This document shows, in pieces, positions 9,293 through 18,369 of a stretch of DNA of 64,000 nt. Origin of the DNA: Spirochaetia bacterium. GTDB taxonomy: Bacteria; Spirochaetota; Leptospiria; Turneriellales; JAOUFE01. The notes under the pieces are model-generated. The model saw only the letters and a program-made list of their open reading frames with translations. It made no database searches and was not told the DNA's origin. Positions within the stretch are counted from its first letter, which is position 1, and each line of letters opens with the position of its first letter. The stretch covers positions 58,141-122,140 of the forward strand of contig JAOUFY010000002.1 of assembly GCA_029857955.1 (NCBI GenBank). The letters run 5' to 3'. Made by a program: the position numbers and the translations under genes.

Positions 9293-10454
9293 AATATCTC
9301 GGCATAGTTGGATCAATTCGGTCTGCCCACTTTTCAACTCCACCTTTTAAGCTTCTCACCTTTTTATAACCCCACCCGTGAAGTAACCTTACAGCATCTA
9401 ATGAACGAGAACCAACTTTACATATGGTTACGATTTCTTCGTCCATCGGTATTTGATTTAAAAAATCCGCAAGTTTTGCAAGCGGAACTACATGTGAATT
9501 CTCTATCATACAAATTTCTGTTTCTTCAGGTGTTCTTACATCAAGAAGAAATAATTTTTTACCAGAGTCAATTTCCGCTTTTAATTCCTCAGCACTGACT
9601 TCAAGTTTTGGATCGAAATTGCCTGGCGCTACTCCATGAATAGATACGCCGCAAAAATGCTCATAATCGATCAGTTCATGAATGATACGTTTAGATGAAC
9701 ATACAGGACAATCAGGATCTTTTTTAATTTTCAGCTCTCTAAATTTCATTGCCAGTGCATCAAATGTCAAAAGTCGACCAATCAAAGGTTTACCTTCGCC
9801 AATGATTAATTTGATAGCTTCAGTAGCCTGCATTATACCAATAATACCAGGTAAAATACCAAGTACACCGCCCTCTGCGCAAGATGGTACCATGCCCGCT
9901 GGTGGCGGATCTGGATAAAGGCATCGGTAGCAAGGGCCTTCTGGATGTCCAAAAACAGTTGCCTGACCATCAAATCGAAAAACAGAACCAAAGACGTTCA
10001 TTTTACCGGTCAAAACACATAGATCATTTACAAGATATCTGGTAGGAAAATTATCTGTACCATCTATAATTATACCAAAATCTTTTGATATTTCCATGGC
10101 ATTTTCAGATGTAAATGGAGTATTAAAAGTAGTGATTTTTATATGAGGATTAATTTTTAACAATTTTTCTTTGGCAGTTTCAGCTTTAGATTTTCCAACA
10201 TCATCCGTATTGTAAATGATTTGTCGCTGTAAATTTGAAAAATCAACAGTATCAAAATCTACAATACCAATATGGCCAACTCCCGCAGCGGCAAGATAAA
10301 GGCCAAGGGGCGATCCTAGCCCGCCTGCGCCGATAAGAAGAACGGAACTTTCTTTTAGCTTTTTCTGCCCCTTCATTCCGACTTCCGGCATAATTAAATG
10401 TCTGGAATATCTTTTTATTTCGTCATTTGTTAGTTTTGTATTTGATTTTTGCAT
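9291..10454 (-). CDS. moeB: ThiF/MoeB-family adenylyltransferase with C-terminal rhodanese domain (MoeZ type)
   Basis: RYSRHLIMPEVG..GQKKL, nucleotide loop LIGAGGLGSP, two CxxC pairs (CYRC, CPVC). C-terminal rhodanese-like region (LLDVRTPEE...ICKVGSRS). Confidence 0.8.
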   Translation of the reverse strand: MQKSNTKLTNDEIKRYSRHLIMPEVGMKGQKKLKESSVLLIGAGGLGSPLGLYLAAAGVGHIGIVDFDTVDFSNLQRQIIYNTDDVGKSKAETAKEKLLKINPHIKITTFNTPFTSENAMEISKDFGIIIDGTDNFPTRYLVNDLCVLTGKMNVFGSVFRFDGQATVFGHPEGPCYRCLYPDPPPAGMVPSCAEGGVLGILPGIIGIMQATEAIKLIIGEGKPLIGRLLTFDALAMKFRELKIKKDPDCPVCSSKRIIHELIDYEHFCGVSIHGVAPGNFDPKLEVSAEELKAEIDSGKKLFLLDVRTPEETEICMIENSHVVPLAKLADFLNQIPMDEEIVTICKVGSRSLDAVRLLHGWGYKKVRSLKGGVEKWADRIDPTMPRY

Positions 10455-10536
10455 TTTATCCTCATCTTATTGTTCATTTTTTATAATATAATTCATAATA
10501 ACTTGCCTGCCAATATAACATTTAATTTCAATGATC

Positions 10537-11079
10537 TTAATTTAAAAAAGGATCCTTGATATTTTTAGCAAAATACGAAAATATTCCGCCATTGTATAAT
10601 AAGGCTTCTCTCCAAACTATTTCCGGATTAGAATGAAATATCATTTCTTTTTGTGCAGGCATAACCATCCATGTTTTTGCTTCTAACTCAGATTCAAGCT
10701 GTCCAGGTGCCCATCCTGCATAACCATGATAAATATGATAAGGGAGATTTTCTTCAGCCAATATCTCTATAAGTTCTATCGATGTGCCAAGAAATACATC
10801 AGGAATGATTTCTTCACCAAATCCGCTGTGCAACCGCGAGTTATACAATATAAACAAAATTTCCTCTCGAACTGGCCCGCCCCTGTAAACTTTAAACAAT
10901 TCGCCTTTCTTTATAACTTCAGGCATTTGATCAAGATATTTGATTTCTTCAAGTTGATTTACAACTAAACCAAAAGCACCCTCTTCATTATGTTCAACAA
11001 TAAATATTACCGACTCGTTAAAACTTTTTTCTTTTAATGTTGAATTAGAAATTAAAAAAAAACCTTTTAAGAAATCCAT
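10537..11079 (-). CDS. YqgE/AlgH family protein (UPF0301)
   Basis: 180 aa. Family blocks FNESVIFIVEHNEEGAFGLVVN, YRGGPV and GYAGWAPGQLE. Confidence 0.75.
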   Translation of the reverse strand: MDFLKGFFLISNSTLKEKSFNESVIFIVEHNEEGAFGLVVNQLEEIKYLDQMPEVIKKGELFKVYRGGPVREEILFILYNSRLHSGFGEEIIPDVFLGTSIELIEILAEENLPYHIYHGYAGWAPGQLESELEAKTWMVMPAQKEMIFHSNPEIVWREALLYNGGIFSYFAKNIKDPFLN

Positions 11080-11199
11080 TATTATAAATTAGCTTTTCAA
11101 CCATTTAACCAGTTCAGTAGTCGATAGCAATTTGTTGAAAAATAAAAACATAGTATATTTATATTAAATAAAATATAAAATTAATTTTATTTTTAATCT

Positions 11200-12162
11200 T
11201 TAGGTTAAATAACCTTTTTTTGTCATAATTTCTTTTGATGATTCTACACTGTGAGCGCTCTTATCAAGGGCCTTTTTTTCATCAGGATTTAAATTGATTT
11301 CAATGACCTTTTCAACACCGTTTCCACCGAGAATAACCGGTATGCAAATAAATATATCTTTATGCCCATATTCACCGTTTACAAAAGCAGCAGCTGAAAA
11401 AATTCTGCGTTGGTCACTTAATATGCTTTCTGCCATCGTAATTGCTCCAACAGCCGGAGCATAAAATGCTGAACCTGTTTTAAGTAAATTTACGATCTCA
11501 GCCCCTCCATTTCGTGTTCTCTCAACCATTTTATCAACCTTTTCCTTGGTTATACCAGGAAAATCAAGAAGAGGTATACCGCCAACATAGGTATAACGAA
11601 TCAAAGGAACCATATCGTCTCCATGACCTCCCAGAACAAATGTACGTATGTCATATGGACTTACACCTGTTTCCATTGAAATAAAAGTTCTTAACCTTGA
11701 AGAGTCAAGAATTCCTGACATTCCAACCACTTTATTTTTCTCAAAACCTGAAATCATAGCAAACTGATACACCATTGCATCTAGCGGGTTTGATATTACA
11801 ATTACAACAGAATCAGGTGCGTGTTTTTTTACATTTAAAGCAACATCCTTCATAATTTTAGCGTTAATATCAAGCAGATCATCTCGGCTCATTCCTGGTA
11901 ATCTGGGTTTTCCAGCTGTTATAATAACAATATCACTTCCATCGATATCTTTATAGTCATTTGTACCGCTGACCTGTGTATGAATATTTTGCGCTGCAAA
12001 GGATTGCATTATATCAAGAGCTTTCCCCTGTGGAAGACCTGGTACTACATCAAATAAGACAACGTCTCCCAGCCCTTTTTGAGCTGCCATCAGGGCAAGG
12101 TTACCTCCGATGTTACCTGCGCCAATAAGTGATATTTTCTTTCTATTAAAACGTTTTTTCAT
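11200..12162 (-). CDS. mdh: Malate dehydrogenase (LDH-like type)
   Basis: Rossmann ISLIGAGNIGG. Substrate loop AGKPRLPGMSRDDLL (Arg, MDH-type). Catalytic GGHGDDMVP. Confidence 0.9.
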   Translation of the reverse strand: MKKRFNRKKISLIGAGNIGGNLALMAAQKGLGDVVLFDVVPGLPQGKALDIMQSFAAQNIHTQVSGTNDYKDIDGSDIVIITAGKPRLPGMSRDDLLDINAKIMKDVALNVKKHAPDSVVIVISNPLDAMVYQFAMISGFEKNKVVGMSGILDSSRLRTFISMETGVSPYDIRTFVLGGHGDDMVPLIRYTYVGGIPLLDFPGITKEKVDKMVERTRNGGAEIVNLLKTGSAFYAPAVGAITMAESILSDQRRIFSAAAFVNGEYGHKDIFICIPVILGGNGVEKVIEINLNPDEKKALDKSAHSVESSKEIMTKKGYLT

Positions 12163-12490
12163 TTTTTCTCCTGCGATGCATTAATATTTATATATTTTAA
12201 TGAATATATGAATATAAAATTCCCTCAATAATATTATTTAACATCACAATGCAAAATGTTTTAAACAAACTGTCAACTATTAACCCCTGGTTTTAAAAAA
12301 GCGCAAAAAATGCCGATGATTGCTTGAACCATATTTTTATAGTAAAAGATAGGTTGTTACCAGTAATAGAGTCTGTTTTTTAATTTTCTTTGTTTTTTCA
12401 GCTGATTTAAGATTTTATTCAATAAAATCTTAAAAATATAAATAAAATTGTTTACAAGTAATGATTTTAAATATAACATTTCTTAATTAA

Positions 12491-12506
12491 TAATGAATAT
12501 TCATTA
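12491..12506. promoter_or_regulatory. Perfect 16-bp palindrome TAATGAATATTCATTA (Fur/PerR/Zur-box-like operator candidate)
   Basis: Read directly. It lies about 135 nt upstream of the GTG of the outer-membrane protein gene. It resembles AT-rich Fur-family inverted repeats (AATGA..TCATT) but has 8-0-8 rather than 7-1-7 geometry. Confidence 0.25.
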
Positions 12507-12640
12507 ATTTTATGATAATTTTAAATTACAGTATAAACAAGTTACGGCTAATAGAACATACGTTCTACGTAACGAAAATAAAACTGTAAATATTTTATAA
12601 TAAAATTTTTAATAAGTAATTATTAAATTAAGGAGAATAT

Positions 12641-14092
12641 GTGAAAAATCTTTTCAAACTAAAAAAAGAATTAAATTTAGGAATGTTAATGGCATTAACA
12701 TTGGTGTATTCAAGCTCCCGTTTACTGGCAACAGAAGCCCGTTCCGCAGGCATGGGTATTTCCACTGCCAATGAAAACACATGGGCAACTGAAGGGCAAT
12801 TACCGTACATCTACAGTAACCCGGCGGCGATTGGCAACTTTGGACCAATGATTTATGGCGAATATGGCGCAATCGGCGGATTAGGTAAAGGCGGTATAAT
12901 CCTTCAACCTACGTCAGCTTTAAATGTTGGTATTTTTGTTGGCCATACAGCAGATACAGCCGGTATTACCAAAATACATACTGCGTTTACTAGTTTTGCT
13001 CCCACTAATTTAGGAGTTCCATCAGTTTTTTCGCTCATAGGAATTAATGCTGGATTAACCAATCAGAATGCTTCATTAATAGGAGAATACAATTTAGGTA
13101 AATTTATTTTGGGAGCAGGATTTTCTTACGCTAGAGCAGCTAAGACTGCCACTTCAAAAGATACAAATACTAAACAAGATATAACTGTTAATGTATCAGA
13201 CATTGTTTTAAAACCCGTTATCGGTTTTATTTTTGATGCGAATAAACTAAAGTTTGATGGTTCAATTGCATACCGTATTAACGGTGTTGATGATTCAAAT
13301 ACTTTTAAAGACGCTATAAACAATATTGATCAAAAAGAAACATATAAAAATAATGGTTTGGGAGATATCGTAAGTGATTTTCAAGCTATTTTTGAAGCAG
13401 GTCACAATACACTTCATGCAACAGTGGGTTTTGACTATTTAGACAGAAATTCAAAGTACGACTTTTCCTTCACATCTGCAGCTGGAACTTTCACAAATGA
13501 AGTAAATTACTTTGAGTCTGGTTATAAAATTAAAGCCGGAATTTCGGATGAATTAAAAATAAGCAATGATGTTTTAGCATTTGCAGGAGTTGGTTTTAGC
13601 ATGGAAAACATAACCACTTCAACACCTTCATTTAAAAGTGTATTAAATAGTGGTACACCAACTACAGGCTATATGGGTGCATTTCAAAAAAGTACAGATA
13701 CTAGAATTTTAGTACCAGTATTTTTAGGTATGGAAGCCAGCTTGAGCGAAAAATGGCAAGGTCGTTTTGGAGTTAAAGCAAATTTATTTGATATAAAACC
13801 TGCAATTGCATATACTTCAACTGTTGTAACACCTGGGGCAACTTCTGGCACCAGTATAACCACCAAAGCAGAAACATGGAACGATTCTGCACCTAGATTT
13901 GCAACTGGAATTACATTTAAAATTTCAAATTTAGCCGCAGACTGGAATGTAAGTGTTCCACTTTTTACATCGGGACCATTTATTGTAAGTGGTAATGCAA
14001 TTCCTGCTGGCATGGCCACAGATTTTGCGGTATCGTATAAATTTGGCGAAAACTCTGGAAAAACAACAATTAAAAAAGATGACATTCGATAA
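12641..14092 (+). CDS. Outer-membrane beta-barrel protein (FadL/PorV/UPF0164-like N-terminal motif)
   Basis: AAGGAG SD 7 nt before the GTG start. Signal peptide. The 'EARSAGMGISTAN' motif resembles the ARxxGMGGA motif of PorV/treponemal UPF0164 barrels. Alternating G/S/T/aromatic beta-strand pattern, ending with an aromatic-rich strand (DFAVSYKF). Confidence 0.55.
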   Translation: MKNLFKLKKELNLGMLMALTLVYSSSRLLATEARSAGMGISTANENTWATEGQLPYIYSNPAAIGNFGPMIYGEYGAIGGLGKGGIILQPTSALNVGIFVGHTADTAGITKIHTAFTSFAPTNLGVPSVFSLIGINAGLTNQNASLIGEYNLGKFILGAGFSYARAAKTATSKDTNTKQDITVNVSDIVLKPVIGFIFDANKLKFDGSIAYRINGVDDSNTFKDAINNIDQKETYKNNGLGDIVSDFQAIFEAGHNTLHATVGFDYLDRNSKYDFSFTSAAGTFTNEVNYFESGYKIKAGISDELKISNDVLAFAGVGFSMENITTSTPSFKSVLNSGTPTTGYMGAFQKSTDTRILVPVFLGMEASLSEKWQGRFGVKANLFDIKPAIAYTSTVVTPGATSGTSITTKAETWNDSAPRFATGITFKISNLAADWNVSVPLFTSGPFIVSGNAIPAGMATDFAVSYKFGENSGKTTIKKDDIR

Positions 14093-14110
14093 TTAAACTT
14101 TTTTTAATTA

Positions 14111-14165
14111 CCGTCTAATGACTCTTATTGTAATTACAATAAGATGTTGTTAGACGGTTTTTTTA
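14111..14165 (+). terminator. Rho-independent terminator after the outer-membrane protein gene
   Basis: ccgtctaa (14111-14118) pairs with ttagacgg (14150-14157). Inner palindrome cttattgtaattacaataag. Followed by a T-run at 14158-14165. Confidence 0.8.
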
Positions 14166-14206
14166 ATTGACATATAAAATTCTGTACATAAAACAACTTA
14201 CATAAA

Positions 14207-14776
14207 ATGAAACTATCCATTCAAATTTCAAAAGAGGATTCTTTAATTTTTCAATTATTTTCAATATCACTTTCAAAACAAATTAAAAACCAAAAACTTT
14301 TTATGTGGATATTTGGAGCCATATTAAATTATTCCATTTACATTATCATTTCCCAGATATATCACAAATATTTGTTTTCCAGCTTTGTTTTTGTTTCATG
14401 CATTAGTTTATCGTGGATTTTGGCATATCCTTTTTACTGGAAATTTGTTATTAAAAGAAGATTAAAAAAAATGCTTCGCGAAAGACTAGAAAAAGATAAC
14501 GATGAACAATATACCATTTCATTTAATAAAAATAATATATCCGTATTGGCTAAAACTAATCAATCTACCATCAATTACAACACTTTATATTCTCTGGTAG
14601 AGACCCCGAAATACTTTTATTTGTTTATAAATAAATTTTCTGCTTTTATTGTTCCTGAAAACCAAATGTCTGAAAAAGAAAAACTTGCCTTTCTTTCTAT
14701 AATTCATAAAAATAATATCAGAGTTGTAGATCAAAAAAAATGGAAATGGAGTTTTTTTATAAATTCAATAAATTAA
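14207..14776 (+). CDS. Hypothetical membrane protein (YcxB-like topology)
   Basis: 189 aa. Two N-terminal TM helices followed by a soluble domain. No catalytic motif. Confidence 0.4.
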   Translation: MKLSIQISKEDSLIFQLFSISLSKQIKNQKLFMWIFGAILNYSIYIIISQIYHKYLFSSFVFVSCISLSWILAYPFYWKFVIKRRLKKMLRERLEKDNDEQYTISFNKNNISVLAKTNQSTINYNTLYSLVETPKYFYLFINKFSAFIVPENQMSEKEKLAFLSIIHKNNIRVVDQKKWKWSFFINSIN

Positions 14777-14863
14777 CATTTAAATTTAAAATAAAATCCA
14801 ATGGTTATTTTTTAAGTTTCAATTTTCTTGACATGCGGTCTCGTCTTTACATCATTTTTAGTA

Positions 14864-15895
14864 ATGAGTGAACAAAGCTTCTACGATACCGTCATCATTG
14901 GCGCAGGACCTGCCGGTCTTGCCGTTGCCAATCGATTACAAAAAGATAACATAAACTGTCTTGTTGTAGAAAGAAAATTTATTGGTTACAACATTTCACG
15001 ATTTCCGGTTGGTATGACTTTTTTTTCAAGCCGAGAATTACTTGAAATCGACAACTTTGCCTTAACCATTCCCGATGAAAAACCAAATCGCGAACAATAC
15101 ATGTCTTATTTATTTCATTTTGCATCTAAACGAAAAATAAACATTGTAGATAATACAGAAGTCCTCTCATTAAAAAAAGCAAATGATATTTTCAAAATAA
15201 GTATTCAACAAAATAACAAGAGTTTAAATACCAGTTCTGCAAAAACAGTGGTCTGCGCTTGTGGAGCATTTGACGAACCGCAGCAATTAAACGTACCTGC
15301 CGAAAACCTGTCGCATGTTAGTCATTTTTTTAACGAGGTTTATCGCTATATTGGTCATTCAGTTATGATTGTCGGTTCAGGAAATTCTGCTGTTGAAGCG
15401 GCATTAAAATTACACCGAGTCGGCGCCAGAGTAAATGTTTCTTATCGAAAACCAGCGCTCAATTCAAACAAGATTAAATACTGGATATACCCAGATATTG
15501 AAAAAAGATTTACAACTCATGAAATTGGACATTTTCCTTCTACGAAGGTAAAAAAAATTGAACCAGGAAAACTCATTTTAGAGAAGACGTTAGAAACGTC
15601 AAACAAAACAGATCGTAGCCACTTGAAAGATATTGAACTACAGGCTGATTTTGTGCTTGCCCTCACCGGTTACAACCCCCCAATAGCTTTTTTAAAAGAC
15701 ATGGGTATTCAAATCAATGATTTAAATTATGTTCCAACTTATAATCCAGATACTCTGGAAACAAACGTAGAAGGGTTATTTATAGCCGGCGTCATTACGG
15801 GCGGTAACATAAGCGGTAAGGTATTTATTGAAAACTCTCGTCATCATGGCGATTTAATCGTTGGTCAAATACATAAAATTTTAAAGGAAGGTTAA
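14864..15895 (+). CDS. ypdA: YpdA-family FAD/NAD(P)-dependent disulfide reductase (putative bacillithiol disulfide reductase family)
   Basis: The track ORF starts at TTG 14828. ATG 14864 gives MSEQSFYDTVIIGAGPAGLA. Blocks TFFSS.E.LEI, VGSGNSAVEAAL, LTGY.P and FIAGVI..GN....FIEN.R.HG align with my recollection of B. subtilis YpdA. Confidence 0.7.
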   Translation: MSEQSFYDTVIIGAGPAGLAVANRLQKDNINCLVVERKFIGYNISRFPVGMTFFSSRELLEIDNFALTIPDEKPNREQYMSYLFHFASKRKINIVDNTEVLSLKKANDIFKISIQQNNKSLNTSSAKTVVCACGAFDEPQQLNVPAENLSHVSHFFNEVYRYIGHSVMIVGSGNSAVEAALKLHRVGARVNVSYRKPALNSNKIKYWIYPDIEKRFTTHEIGHFPSTKVKKIEPGKLILEKTLETSNKTDRSHLKDIELQADFVLALTGYNPPIAFLKDMGIQINDLNYVPTYNPDTLETNVEGLFIAGVITGGNISGKVFIENSRHHGDLIVGQIHKILKEG

Positions 15896-15896
15896 T

Positions 15897-16388
15897 ATGG
15901 CAGATAATTCATTTGACATTGTTTCAGAAATCAATCATCAGGAGTTGATCAACGCAATTGATCAAACAAAACGTGAATTGCAAACAAGATTTGATTTTAA
16001 AGGTTCAAATGCAAACGTAGAATCTACGAAAGATGAAGTTACTTTAACCGCTGAAGATGATTCCAAGTTAACTCAACTTAAAGATATTTTTCATAGCAAA
16101 CTCATCAAACGCGGAATTTCTTTAAAAGCTCTTACCTATCAAACTCAGGAAAAAGCAGCGGGGGCAACTGCTCGTCAAAAAGCAAAAATTGTGGCAGGTC
16201 TAGACCAGGAAAATATCAAAACAATCAACCGTTTAATTAAAGATTCTGCTCTTAAAGTAAAAACTCAGCAGATGGATCAAAAAATTCGCGTAACATCAAG
16301 CTCAAAAAATACCCTTCAAGAAGTTATGCAATTATTAAAAGAAAGTAAAGACATTACCATTCCCTTGCAGTTTAATAATTACAGATGA
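15897..16388 (+). CDS. yajQ: YajQ family nucleotide / cyclic-di-GMP-binding protein (UPF0234)
   Basis: 163 aa. N-terminus SFDIVSEINHQELINAIDQTKRELQTRFDFKGS is characteristic of YajQ. Starts 1 nt after the ypdA stop. Confidence 0.85.
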   Translation: MADNSFDIVSEINHQELINAIDQTKRELQTRFDFKGSNANVESTKDEVTLTAEDDSKLTQLKDIFHSKLIKRGISLKALTYQTQEKAAGATARQKAKIVAGLDQENIKTINRLIKDSALKVKTQQMDQKIRVTSSSKNTLQEVMQLLKESKDITIPLQFNNYR

Positions 16389-16522
16389 TGTCAAAGCTTT
16401 TAGAAAGCTATCCGGTAAAAATTTTAAATAATAATCATTTTAATAGACCAATTTTAACGTTAAATTATTAATGATAATGAATTTAATTATATTTTAAACT
16501 GCATGGTATAAATAAATTTAAA

Positions 16523-17671
16523 TTAATTATTTTCAGCAGATTGTTGTCTAAGGAATGAATCAATAAAGGGGTCAAAAGCGCCATTCATTACGCCATGAAC
16601 GTCGGCGGTTTCATAATCAGTCCGTAAATCTTTAACCATATTATAAGGGTGAAATACATAGGAACGAATCTGGTTGCCCCATGAAATATCTTTTTTCTCG
16701 CCAGATTTAGAGGCAATTTCCTTTTGTTTTTCTTCCTGGGCAAGTTCATAAAGGCGTGCTTTTAACATTTTCATGGCGGTTGACTTGTTTTTAGTCTGGC
16801 TTCTTTCATTTTGACAGGCAACAACAATTCCTGTCGGGTTATGTGTAATCCGAACGGCTGAATCGGTTTTGTTGATGTGCTGACCGCCGGAACCGCTGGA
16901 ACGATAGGTATCTATGCGAAGATCTTTTTCATTGATGTCAACTTCAACATCGTCAGAAATTTCAGGAGAAACATGAACCGAAACAAAGGATGTATGTCTT
17001 CGTTTATTTGAATCAAATGGTGAAATTCTAACCAGACGATGAACTCCATTTTCAGCTTTTAAAAACCCATAGGCGTTTTCGCCTTGAATGTACAAAGTTA
17101 CGTTTTTAATACCGGCTTCTTCACCGGCTTGATAGTCAATAATGTCTACTTTAAATCCCTTGTTTTCGCCCCATCGGGAATATGCCCGAAATAACATATC
17201 CGCCCAGTCATGAGATTCTGTTCCGCCGGCACCGGGATGTATATTTAAAAAAGCATTTTTAAGATCGTCCGGTCCGGTTAAAAGACTCTCTAAATCCAGT
17301 GCGTTAAACATTTCATCAGCTTCGGTAGCTTTTTTCAATAAATCCGGCAGTAAAGATTCTTCTTTTTCCATGATGCCAATTTCAGTGTATTCCATTAAAT
17401 CATGAACTGTGCTTTTTATTTTTGTCCATCCATCAAGTTTACGTTCAATCGATGATATTTGCATTTGAATAACGCGAACCTCGTCAATTTTTTTATCATC
17501 TCCCCATAATTTGGGATTTTCAAGTTTTCTTTTAAGGTCACTTAACATAGTTTCCTGACCAGGTAAATTTAGACCGTTAAACCTGTTATCGATTTTACTT
17601 TTAAGGTTATTTAACTGTCCGAGGAATTCTTTTAAATTTTCAGCTTTCACGATTTTTAAAGCAAAAAACAA
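16523..17671 (-). CDS. prfB: Peptide chain release factor 2 (single uninterrupted frame)
   Basis: SPF tripeptide (RISPFDS), GGQ ([19 protein letters not shown]). The track start is TTG 17671, and GTG at 17650 is an alternative. No in-frame TGA recoding site. Confidence 0.9.
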   Translation of the reverse strand: MFFALKIVKAENLKEFLGQLNNLKSKIDNRFNGLNLPGQETMLSDLKRKLENPKLWGDDKKIDEVRVIQMQISSIERKLDGWTKIKSTVHDLMEYTEIGIMEKEESLLPDLLKKATEADEMFNALDLESLLTGPDDLKNAFLNIHPGAGGTESHDWADMLFRAYSRWGENKGFKVDIIDYQAGEEAGIKNVTLYIQGENAYGFLKAENGVHRLVRISPFDSNKRRHTSFVSVHVSPEISDDVEVDINEKDLRIDTYRSSGSGGQHINKTDSAVRITHNPTGIVVACQNERSQTKNKSTAMKMLKARLYELAQEEKQKEIASKSGEKKDISWGNQIRSYVFHPYNMVKDLRTDYETADVHGVMNGAFDPFIDSFLRQQSAENN

Positions 17672-17690
17672 TATTTAAAGTCGGTGTAAA

Positions 17691-18137
17691 TCAAATTAAA
17701 GTTGAGTTTTGTGGAATTGTATTTTGTTTGTTTACGAGATTATTAAGGTTTAATTGCAGCATTTCGATGGTTTTATCATCATCAAGTACATTGGCAAGAT
17801 TTTTTCTATCCTGATACATTGCCTGTTTTATTCTTGCTAATACTTCACGGGCTTGACTCGATATTTCCTTAACCTGATAAATATTTTCTTCCCATTCTGT
17901 AATCAATGAATCCAGTCTTCGCATTTTTTTTTCAATTCTTGCCTGTTTTAGTATATATTCTTTTTCGATAACTCGTATTTCCAAACGTTGCGATTTTACC
18001 AGTTCTTGAATTTGTTTTTCATGTTCTTGAAACATTAAATTCATTGCTTTTCGATACCTTACAGTTGCCTGCATCTCGCCGTCGAAAAATCCTTTTTGTC
18101 TTGATTTTTTTAATTTTTTTCTTAATTTAACAATCAT
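17691..18137 (-). CDS. Hypothetical coiled-coil protein (148 aa)
   Basis: Basic N-terminus, then heptad-like K/E/Q/L-rich sequence. Sits 19 nt upstream of prfB on the same strand. Confidence 0.45.
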   Translation of the reverse strand: MIVKLRKKLKKSRQKGFFDGEMQATVRYRKAMNLMFQEHEKQIQELVKSQRLEIRVIEKEYILKQARIEKKMRRLDSLITEWEENIYQVKEISSQAREVLARIKQAMYQDRKNLANVLDDDKTIEMLQLNLNNLVNKQNTIPQNSTLI

Positions 18138-18369
18138 TTTCTAATACCTGGAATTTTATATTTATAAATATACTCCTTTTCATTAAAGTTGTCAAAATAT
18201 TAACCTTCACTTGTAACTTTGTTTTTTTCAAGCTTATATACGTAATTTATAGACGTAGATCAAAATTTAACGTCTGTAATCGTATAACGCTAAAAAATTA
18301 TTTATGACATTATTAATAGCCATTTTTTAATTAATTGACAACACATAAACCTATTTTATTTTTGAAGTT

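Noticed and set aside
16523-17690. Hidden upstream mini-ORF plus +1 frameshift in prfB
   Set aside because: There is no in-frame TGA in the N-terminal region, and only 19 nt separate prfB from the preceding gene. The gene is a single frame.
7478-18290. Recurring ATACGT-cored hairpins in three intergenic regions (about 7478, 12558 and 18240) as a shared regulator motif
   Set aside because: The only shared element is a hexamer. By a rough composition-based estimate, about one or two chance intergenic occurrences would be expected, so three is not compelling without a genome-wide count. The flanks do not align.
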